A DNA stretch of 64,000 nt. Source: Octopus vulgaris (lineage: Eukaryota). Numbering within the stretch: position 1 is the stretch's first letter; every line of letters begins with the position of its first letter. A program made the translations under genes and the position numbers. The DNA lies in the NCBI GenBank assembly GCA_951406725.2, contig OX597814.1:139314001-139378000 (forward strand), given 5' to 3'. Shown here piece after piece: positions 53,471-64,000 of the stretch. The notes below the pieces were generated by a model that was not told the origin of the DNA, made no database searches, and saw only the letters and a list, made by a program, of their open reading frames with translations.

Positions 53471-54222
53471 ATGTTTAAAGCTGTCATTTGCTCAATGCTT
53501 TTAAAACACTGTTGATGGATTGGTTCTGTTTAATAAATGCACAGTTATACCAGTTATGTAGGTGGAGGTGAAGACTGTAGACTAGAAAATGTTAATCTTA
53601 CGGAAAACCCTCCTATAAGAGCTATAACACTTCACGATTTTATTATTATTAGTTTAAATAATGCGACTATGCCTCATGGAAAGATTCATGTTTATCACAT
53701 TTACATGAGATAAATTAGTTTTATCGTCATGTGTATGGAAATCTAGAACTTACCTTGTATATTTATAAATTTTTCGTTCGTCTTTTACCTGTAGCACTCT
53801 ACCTGCTGATAGTTGCTTGTTTAGCCTATCAAATTTCTAGACTAGAACTTTGTAATAAGCAGATATTTTTCTCTCTTCTGAGAGAGTTTTTGTTTGTTTG
53901 TTTTTTTAACCTTTTTTGAAAGTGATTTCGCGGGTAATTAAGTGTGAGCCGGTTTCGTTTATAACTTGCACTTTAAACTAAGTGGGGGTGGGAGTCACGA
54001 CGCGATCGCTCAACTTGCTAGAAATTGCAACCAAATTTTCCTGAAAATCACACCGTACTGTTTTAAATAGAATTGACACATTGGAATGTGTGATCCAGGG
54101 TTAACACTTGAAAAAATAATTATTATTATGGGATTGTTACCGCTTAAAAGACTTAGGAACAAAGGTCACCTGATTTGGGCCTGACCTGAATCAGGACAAT
54201 AATTCTTACATAAGCTAAGTTG

Positions 54223-54255
<33 letters not shown>

Positions 54256-55021
54256 TCCTTGAGAAACATACTTGGTGTACTTTTCTTGAATATTAAAATT
54301 TACTTCATCGATCTAATCAGAGTATATTACTTTTTACATTCACAAAATGTTTACACAATTTTTTGAAACACTTATTAAAAATATAAATTAGAATAGAATA
54401 CTTCCAGCAAAGGAAAAAATTTTCTCGCTGTTTGGCAGATTATTTATTAAGTTTTCCTCGTGTGTGTATGTGTATATATATATATATATATATATTATCA
54501 GTTAAGTCCACGTTTCCATGCTTGCATAGATTAAAGCGGGTTTTAGTGGAGGCAGATTTCTTCAGCTGGGTGCCCTTCCTGTCATTAACACTCACCTGTT
54601 TCCAAGCAAGGTTATATTTTCTCATAGCTAGACGTTTTGTTTTTTTCATGGAAGACTGACAGCAAACTACCTCGCTTGTATGACGATGATGCTCATTTAC
54701 AACCATCACGCGATGTCTAAACAAGGGTACACATAAACAAACACACAAATGTGTGCGTGTGTATGTATACCTACGGTGGGCTTCTTTTAGTTTCTCTCTA
54801 CTAAATCCACTTACATGGCTTTGGTTGACTTGGAGCTATAGCAGAAGACAAGGTGTCACGCAGTGAGATTTAACATTCAGATTACTATGTCACCTGTAAT
54901 ACTTATTTATTCACATTGCTTTGAATTAATTTTATATTATCTTGTAACTTCAAGATTTCAATGATATGATTATTTAGTTTTAGAATGACATTGTAGATTG
55001 AGGTGTGAGAGACCAGATTCA

Positions 55022-55225
55022 GTCATCATCATCATCATCGTTTAACGTCCGTTTTCCATGCTAGCACGGGTTGGACGGTTCAACTGGGGTCTGGGAAGCC
55101 AGGAGGCTGCACCAGGCTCCTGTCTGATCTGGCAGTGTTTCTACAGCTGGATGCCCTTCCTAACGCCAACCACTGTATGAGTGTAGTGGGTGCTTTTTAC
55201 GTGCCACCAGCACAGAGGCCAGATG
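55022..55225 (-). mobile_element. RTE-type 3' end (truncated LINE or RTE-dependent SINE). Other copies near 38045-38310, 44400-44620, 47680-48010, 48155-48330, 48860-49160, 57320-57480, 57630-57800
   Basis: (CAT)n-CGTTTAACGTCCGTTTTCCATGC...CAGCTGGATGCCCTTCCTAACGCCAACC, homologous to 46990-47155. Confidence 0.8.
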
Positions 55226-56752
55226 GAATTTGTTCTGGAAGAGTTTTTTAACAGCTGGATGTTCTTCCTGTTACCAACCCTCACATGTTTCCAAGCAAGG
55301 TAATATTTCCCCATGCCCGAACATGTTTTTCATGGAAGGCTAGAAACATACAACATTTCTTGTATGGTGCCAGTGCTTGCTTACAACCTCAATATCAAGG
55401 CATGGGTACACACACACACACACACATACATATATTTATTTGTGTGTGTGTTTGTGTGGAGATTTACAACAATCTGGAGTCATGCAACATTGTGTTCCAT
55501 TCCCAAGAATGGCATCCTCTCTCATTCTGCCAACTTCTGACCTATTTTCCTCAATCCCAACATCTCAAAGATAATTTAGATGGTTTTAAACAGCCACTTC
55601 GTCTTCAGTATATCTCTCCATTTTTATGCTCCAGGGAAAGAAACAGCATTCCTACAGGCATACAGTGTCCTTTCTTTCTGCTGTTCCTTCTGTTACTGTA
55701 ATGGCCTCTGCTCATCAGAGCTGGTTGGGCTTATATGCTTTCACTCAGGTTTGCTGACCCACTCATCTCTCCTTTCATCTCCCTTATTCTTACTTCCCAG
55801 GCCCTGCACTAAGCATTGTGTCTAGTCTTTCCTTCCCAGAATATTGACCCTCTGAAACTCTCTCTCTCTCTGCTCATGTCTTTCCTTAGGTGTTGACTTA
55901 CAAAAGATTCAATCAGAATATTAATGGTGTCAACCTTACCAATCTAGGAGGTCAGACCCAGTAAATAAAAAAAGACTTACTGAAAGTGCAATACAGAGAG
56001 AACGAACCTGAAAGCACATATCTACAAAGCAAACTTCTTAACAACGCAACCAAAAGTTTCCTATCAGACCACTCCATTAAAACATTCTTATCCCAGTAGT
56101 GTAGTCATGAGGAGGAGCTTCCCCATATCACACTTTTATTAGGGTGGCACTTTTCAGTTTGCTGTATAAGCCTGTATAGACTGTATTGCTCCCGAAATCA
56201 GGAGAAAAACTCATGGGCTGCTCTGGGTGGCACACATTCTAACTACTCTGCTATCTCTTCCTTCTGTGCATTGATCACTTTTCTATCATACAGATAACAC
56301 CATCCTCACTTTTCTTAATCTTCTACATTACTCTTAAACACTTTAAATGTTTGCACTACTTCAGTAGGGACAATGCAACCAGGTCTCCTTTGACAGTACT
56401 TAGACATTTACTACACAAACAAGGAGACTATCTTGCAACACTGCACTCACTCTATTCACGAACAACACTTAGCTACAACTAGAAGACTAGCCTTCTTCTT
56501 CAAAACAAGAAAAATTCTTGTCCTGAAAAGTAGCTAACCTTCTGCAAAGCTCAAATTAAACCCACAATGTTGTATTGTTCATATATCTGTAGTGGTGTTG
56601 CTATTACAAGCATAAACATCCTAGACAACTACTAACACATAGTAATTTATCTAATTGACAGATTCACTTATCTCCAGCATACCACAATCATTAGCTCACA
56701 GACCATTGTTTTATCTTCCTGTCTCTTCTACTGCTACAATAATGCCTTATAC

Positions 56753-57008
56753 CAGTGGTTCCCAAACTTTTTCACGCTGCCACCCCCTTGGCACCCAGAC
56801 CACATTCCTAACGCCCTCCACCAACTCACCACCACAAATATAGATCATTTTCTGCAGCAAATTCAAAACAACTGTATTTCACAAATAAAACCTAACCTAA
56901 TTAACCCATTATTTTGTTTTTACATCTGTTGACCATCCCCTTATTGACCCCACTGAATCTTTGCACTCCTGCAAGGGGCCACTACCATACCCACTTTGGG
57001 GACCACTG
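56753..57008. mobile_element. hAT-type MITE
   Basis: TIRs CAGTGGTTCCCAAA / TTTGGGGACCACTG; perfect 8-bp TSD CCTTATAC (56745-56752, 57009-57016). Confidence 0.9.
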
Positions 57009-58017
57009 CCTTATACTCTACAGAATTAGCTATCTACTTATGTCCTACTCCTGCTCCCTCAACACACCCATTTCTCCTCTTCTTATGTCCCTATAGCCCC
57101 TCACTCTCAGATTGCACACTAAATACAGTCATCCCTCTCCAAAATCTCAACCCTGTAGAATTGCCTCTCGGGCAATGTTTTATTATACAAGTGTCACTTT
57201 ACTGATGTTTAAACCAAACACCCTCTGAGTGAAAGGACCTAGCTATGAACGTATGCTAGATGCTGCATTTCCACTTCAAAAGAACTAATATAAAAACACT
57301 AAAGAATAATTCACTCTGTAAAATAGTCCACTCTGTAAAGTGGTTGGTGTTAGTAAGGGCATCCAAACATAGAAACTGTGCCAAAGTAAACAGTGGAGCT
57401 TGGTGCAGTCCACTGGTTTATTGGCTCCTTATCCATCCAACCCATGCCAGCATGGAAGACAGATGTTAAGTGATGATGATGGCAAATAATTATCATCACC
57501 ATTAACTATGCCTTTCCTCCTTTTGGGGGTCAATAAATTAAGTACCAGTTGCATATTTGGGTCAATCTAATCAACTGACCCCCTCCCCCCAAAAATTTCA
57601 GGTTTTGTGCCTAGAGTAGAAAAGAATTATCATTACCGTTTAATATCCATGTTCCATGCTGGTATGAGCTGAACGGTTTAACAGGATCAGATGAGGGTCC
57701 AAGGACTACCTCATACTCTAGTGTCTACTTTGGCATGATTTTTACACCTGGATACCCTTCCTAATGTCAATCACTTTACAGTGTGTATTGAATGCTTTTT
57801 GTGTGTGTGTGTGTATCACTAGCACTAATGAGGTCACCATGCAGCTCACAAATCTGCAAAACCCAAAGAAGAAGGAGGGATGTCTTTATGCTAGATGGGT
57901 GTTAAGATGTGAGAGAAGGAAGTGGGGTAGAGAAGGTTCTTGTTGTAGAAGAGCTACATGGCTACTCACATTTAGGGGAGAGAGTGAGAATGAATCAGTA
58001 GTAGCTGCAAAGAGATA

Positions 58018-58245
58018 TACTTCTTTATTGCCCACAAGGGGCTAAACATAGAAGGGGACAAACAAGGACAGACAAAGGGATTAAGTCGATTACATCGACC
58101 CCAGTGCAAAACTGGTACTTTATTTATTGACCCCAAAAGGATGGAAGGCAAAGTCGACCTCGGCAGAATTTGAACTCAGAACGTAACGACAGACAAAGTA
58201 CCGCTAAGCATTTCGCCCGGCGCACTAACGTGTCTGCCAGCTCGC
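58018..58245 (-). mobile_element. SINE family A monomer in the GID4 intron. Other monomers or fragments near 15873-16107, 21804-22022, 22533-22757, 24715-24900, 25055-25273, 41105-41320, 58900-59048
   Basis: Same diagnostic head and central domain. Confidence 0.85.
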
Positions 58246-60207
58246 AGATAAATAGTAGTGTAGTGTTGAGATGTCCAGGTGCTACCTCAAGGGATGATGT
58301 GAGTGGTGACAGAGAAGTTAAGAGTGCAAGTGTGTGGGCTTACAAGAGTAAATGGTAGGAGTAAGAGATAGGAAAAATAGGTAGGCAACATCTGAAGAGT
58401 GGATGGACAGAAAGATAGATATGAGGAAGGGAGATGGCTAGTGATGCATGAGTTGGAGAAGATAGAGGAATGCAAGCAACAGGAGAGTAATGATGGTACG
58501 GTTGGCAGGAGATGGAGACGAGATGACATATTTAGGTAGGCTACAGGAGAGAGGGAGAAAAACAGAGAGGCATAGTGCATAAGGAAAGATATAATTTGGT
58601 GGTCCACTGGTGGAGAGAGGGGATGATACAAAGTTATGTTAGGTGCTATGTTAATATAATGAACTTGTATACAGTACTCAGGTGCTCGACAACTCATCAG
58701 AAAAAGTAACCAAAATTGTATGAGTAATGCACAGGAAATGAACAGTGAATGAGTCTTAAAAAAGAAAAACACGGGGTGAGGGGCATCAGATGCTTGTGAA
58801 TTTCAGGAAGTATGGAAGTTTTGAAGAGTGTAGTGTCTGAACAGCTAACAACTGATGCAGGTAGTTTATTATCTACTTCAGTAATTCTGAGTGTGGTAGT
58901 TCTGAGTTCAAAATCTGCCATGGTCAACTTTACCTTTCATCCTTTCAGGGTTGATAATTAAGTACCAAACAAGTACTGGGGTCAATAAAATCAACTAGCC
59001 CCCTAACCCAAAATTTCAGGCCTTGTGCCTATAGTAGAAAAGAATATTAGATATGGCCATAAAGCTTGACAGATCTATCTTATCTGCAAGTAAATAATAG
59101 ATAGAATAGTGCTTGATGTGTTGTGTAAGTTCAGTACTGTTTAGAAATCTATTGTGCATCAAAGATAGGCTCATGTAAGAGAAACAATTAAAATGGTATG
59201 GACACCCATCCTAGCATGGAAATGGATATTAAATGATAAGAGGAGAAATATTTGAGGAAACAGCAATGTGAATTAATAATGAAAAGTAACCAGAGTGGAA
59301 GTAGAACAAGGCAGATTTTTAATAATGCTTAAACCCACATATGTCTATTGTATAAGATTTTGAGAAAATGCTCAATAACTCAACTTACTATTATGTTTTT
59401 TATAGTAGCATTATATTAACAAACAACAGCAGTCTTTTGTGAAGCACATTCTTAAAATACTTTCCCAACTAATTCTGTTTTATTAATACTAGTTATGTAG
59501 CCAATAATATTTTACTTATAAACTTTGTTAATAGGATCCTGTATATAATAGCAGTGCATTGGGTGAATGAGTCAGCCAGACAAAATACCTTGTAGTGTTT
59601 AATTACATACCTCTACATGAAGGTTGAATTTTACCTTTCATTCTTCATGAAATAATAAAATACCAGTAAAATACCATCTTTTATCTTTTACTTGTTTCAA
59701 TCATTAGATTGTGGCCATGCTGGGGCACCACCTTGAAGAATTTTTAGTTGGATGAATTGCTCCCAGTACGTTTTTTTTTTTTTTTTGTAAGCATGGTATT
59801 TATTCTATTGGTCTCTTTTGTTGAACTGCTAAGTTACAGGGACATAACACACCAACACCAGTTGTCAATTTGTGGTGGGAGGCAAACACAGACACAAAGA
59901 CACACATAGATATATATTTATATAACAGACTTCTTTCAGTTTCCATTTTCCAAATCCACTCACGAGGTTTTAGTCAGCCCAAGACTATAGCAGAAGATAC
60001 TTGCCCAAGGTACCATGCAGTGGTACTGAATCCAGAACCATGTGGTTGGGAAGCAAGCTTCTTACCATACTGCCATGCCTGCACAATGCTCAGGATAATC
60101 AACAGTTTTCATTCTATCAAAAATGTGTAACCTTTTGCCTAAATGAGAAAACAGTGTTATTGTTCTAAATGAGTGTAGTTCTGAAGAGATTCCTTACCAC
60201 CTTTTAA

Positions 60208-60676
60208 CCCTTTCGATACCAACCTGTTTCTTTACTACCCACAAGGGGCTAAACACAGAGAGGACAAACAAGGACAGACAAATGGATTAAGTCGATTACA
60301 TTGACCCCAGTGTGTAACTGGTACTTAATTTATTGACCCCAAAAGGATGAAAGGCAAAGTCGACCTCGGTGGAATTTGAACTCAGAACGTAACGGCAAAC
60401 AAAATACAGCTACGCATTTCGCCCGGTGCGCTAACGATTCTGCCAGCTCGCCACCTTTTTTGATACCAACCTAGCTGAAACCACATCTGGCTCTGTAGTA
60501 CAAATGTCTTGACTTCATAAGTTCTGAATTAAAATCTTCCACCAAACCTTAGTCACAATTTATGTTCCTAACACTAGCTTAATGATAACTAAGTTATTTT
60601 ACTAAATTCTTTGTTATATTTAAAATTAATTAAAAGAAACACAGAGCATCTCAAAATAAATACGGTAACAAAAGGG
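60208..60676. mobile_element. TTAA-flanked (piggyBac-like) MITE interrupted by SINE A (60225-60457); second copy near 38609-38833
   Basis: TTAA-CCCTTT ... AAAGGG-TTAA ends; the nested SINE is flanked by a GATACCAACCT duplication. Confidence 0.82.
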
Positions 60677-62545
60677 TTAAGGGACATTTAAGAGTCATAA
60701 AGTGGATGGCGAACAATACATTTATTTTAAATTTCATTGTTTGTATGATTAAAAGGCTTGCTTCCCAACCATATTGTTTTAGGTTCAGTCCCACTGCAGG
60801 GTAGTTTGGCATAGTGTCTTCCACTATAGCCCCAGGTCAACCAAAGCCTTGTGAGTGGATTTTGTAGACAGAAAATGGAAGAAACGCATTGTGTGTGTGT
60901 GTGTCCTTTTTGAGTTTGCCCTTCACTATTGCTTGACACCTGGTGTTGGTTAGTTTAAGTCCCCATAACTTAACAGTTTACCCAAAGTGATCAATAGAAT
61001 AAGTACCAGATTTAAGAATAAGATTTGTTCAACTAAAGATCTTCCGGGTGGTACCCCAGCATGGGTAGACTGAAACATGTAGAAGACAGAAGGATAAAAG
61101 TTGGTCATTAGTAAGTGTCCAAATGTTTTAGGTAGAAGTTCAGTAAGAAAGATTGAATAAGACTGCTTAACGTGAGGTAAAGTGTTTTTCGCTTTGTCTG
61201 AAATTATATAAAAATTAATATGTTGTGTAAAATTGTCTATTTATTGATCCAAGCAACTTATGTACGTCTTAACTTTCTAAATACAGAGAGAAAAATCAAT
61301 CAATAAGAAAAATGTTTTTAGATTATGTGTCTGTGTATGAGAAAACAAAAATCAGATATTGAGTGGAGCAATATGTCAATAAATACCTAAAGGTTGAACT
61401 CAGAATGAGATGGTTGGGTGCAACTTTTTGGATACTGATGATTTAACACGGCTGACTGGACATTCAGTCTGATTTAGCCACAGTACTTTTTGAGAGTGGA
61501 GGCAAACGCATACACATATATGCACACATGCAGCAATATACACCTACAGATAGAAAGAGTGAGAGAGAGGCATTACAATTTATTGACATGATTGACATAG
61601 ACAGGTGCTGGAGTGGCTGTGCGGTAAGTAGCTTGCTTACGAACCACATGGTTCTGGGTTCAGTCCCACAGCGTGGCACCTTGGGCAAGTGTCTTCTACT
61701 ATAGTCTCGGGCCGACCAAAGCCTTGTGAGTGGCTTTGATAGATGGAAACTGAAAGAAACCCGTCGTATATATGTATGTGTGTGTATATGTTTGTGTGTC
61801 TGTGTTTGTCTACCCTCAACATCGCTTGACAACCAATGGTGGTGTGTTTATGTCCCCGTAACTTAGTGGTTCAACAAAAGAGACTGGTAGAATAAATACT
61901 TGGCTTACAAAGAATAAGTCCTGGGGTCGATTTGCTCGACTAAAGGCAGTGCTCCAGCATGGCCACAGTCACACTTTCTCCCTTCTCATACACATAGGTA
62001 AATATACTCACACACATAACTAGAGAAGGAGAAGGAGCAGGATAGAGTGGAAGGAGTTAAAACGTCTGATGTCAAATAAGTCAGCACTGAATCAGCAACT
62101 CCAAATAGACAGTCTCATATGTGGTTGAGCTGGATCAGACAGTAAAGTACATGATGCTTTGTAGTGTCTAGTTTAATACCTAGTTCAAATCTTGCTATCA
62201 ACTATTTTTTTTCATTCTCCTAGGGCTGATAAAATAAGTACCAATACAATATCATAAAAGTTACTTAGAGTTTTTCTTAAGTATTTAAAAACTTTTTTAG
62301 CCTTTAGCTCCAGCAAAGCTATTCTAGGACTGTGGAGTTGGTACACAAAATTATTGACTCTGACTCCTCAATTTTAATTACCTCTGGTTCTGACTCCTCA
62401 ACTTGTAATTAGAATAATTGTACATTCCTTATGTTGATTAATAGTATACAACTTACATGACCAAAGTAGGTTACTTTTTATCACCCTAATCTATTAAAGG
62501 TTATAGCTGTGATGTTATCTATCAAAGAACTTTCACTTGATATAA

Positions 62546-63083
62546 CCCTTCAGCATTTAAACTGGCCCAAATACTGTTTTATGTTCAAACAAGCCAGATC
62601 TGACACCTTGTACCTACCCTACAATGTCATTCTAAAAATAAACAGTCATACCATTAAAATTTCAAAGCTATGAGATGATGCACAATTAATTCAATACAAT
62701 GTGAATAAATAAACATTACATTTGATGCATGGTTTAGTGGTTTGGGCATTCAGCTCATGATCATAAGGCCATGAGTTCAATTCCCAACGACACATTGTGT
62801 CCTTGAGCAAGACACTTTATTTCACGTTTTCTCCAGTCCACTCAGCTGACAAAAATGAGTAGTACCTGTATTTCAAAGGGTCGGCCTTGTCATACTCTGT
62901 GTCACGCTGAATCTCCCTGAGAACTAAGTTAAGGGTACACAGGTTCATGGAGTGTTCAGTCATCTACATGTTAATTTCATGAGCAAGCTATTCCATTGAT
63001 CGTATCAGCTGGGACCCTCGTCATCGTGACCGACAGAGTGCCCCTACTCCTACATTTGGCAGAGTAATCTGAATGTTAAAGGG
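62546..63083. mobile_element. Second TTAA-type MITE family interrupted by SINE C; other copies at 37570-37784, 49451-49670, 54870-55020 and 63782-64000
   Basis: CCCTT ... AAAGGG-TTAA ends; shared interior TTATTCACATTG.TTTGAATTAATC; TACATTTG duplicated around the nested SINE. Confidence 0.82.
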
Positions 63084-64000
63084 TTAAACATAAACACAAG
63101 CATGGCTATGGAGGTTAAGAAGCTCACTTTGCAACTACATAGTTTTGGGTTCAGTCCCATTGTGCAGCACCATGGGCAAGTTTGTCATTGTCCCCACCAC
63201 CACTTGACAACCAGTGTTGGTTTGTTTACATCCACATAACTTAGTGGTTCAGCAAAAGGGACTGATAGGATAAGCACCAGACTTTAATAAAAAATAAGTA
63301 CTTGGGTCAATTTGTTTGACCAAACCCTTCAAGAAAGTGCTCCAGCTTGGTCACAGTCCAATAACTGAATCAAGAAAAAGATAAAAGATAAAGAAATACT
63401 ACATCTATTGAAGAGGGATTAAATAAAAAATCCATATCCAAAGTTTACTAATCTTAAAACCAGAATTGCTTCTACTAGGTCCTCTTTCATTGGAGCCATT
63501 AAATCTAATTTGAATATTTTCAAATTAGTATTTTTGAAATTAATCAAATTAGTACCTGTGAAATTGAAAGTTTTAGTTCATTATATTACATTTTACATTT
63601 CAATTTATCATGCAATAGTCAGTTTCATTATCACTCTTTATGTCAACCCCTGATATTTTTCGTTATGGAATCAATGAAGCAAAGCTACATACTTTTACAA
63701 ATACAATGCATCAGCCCTTTTAATATTAAACCCCCTAAGACTGCCCTTGGTTCTGTTATGCAAACTCTCTGTTAAAATGATTTAACCCTTTAGTATTTAA
63801 ACCGGCCATATCCGGCCAAAATAGTTAATCTGTTTTATGTTCAAACTGACCAGATCCAGGCTCTCACACCTACCCTACAATGTTATTCTACATTAAGTAA
63901 TTACACCATCAACATCTTGAAGATATGAGATAATGCATGATTAATTCAAATCAATGTGAATCAATAAGCATTATGTTTGATAGAATAATCTGAACACTAA

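Noticed and set aside
52714-64000. Search for GID4 exon 2 (expected HVD...YLCGYLKI-like peptide)
   Set aside because: No convincing match found by eye; it probably lies beyond the window, though a short exon could have been missed.

Overview
Eukaryotic, AT-rich, repeat-dense DNA, most likely from an octopus (inferred from the tRNA-derived SINE families and microsatellite load). It holds one complete eight-exon gene on the minus strand, ATPAF2/ATP12 (mitochondrial F1 assembly factor; coding exons from 52376 down to 32558, 864 nt, 287 aa, all introns GT-AG with consistent phases). Only 193 bp from its ATG, on the plus strand, is the first coding exon of GID4 (Pro/N-degron receptor of the GID/CTLH E3 ligase). 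This is the same head-to-head arrangement known at human 17p11.2, with a compact CCAAT-ETS-CCAAT bidirectional promoter. The rest is mobile DNA: a dead full-length mariner, an RTE LINE fragment, a Penelope-like GIY-YIG fragment and pLTRs with hammerhead-like motifs, several SINE families (one forming self-nested dimers and trimers), TTAA and hAT MITEs, Helitron-like elements and long microsatellites. Most ORFs in the supplied track are microsatellite or SINE artefacts. Repeat boundaries were read by eye and are approximate; exon coordinates were worked out base by base.
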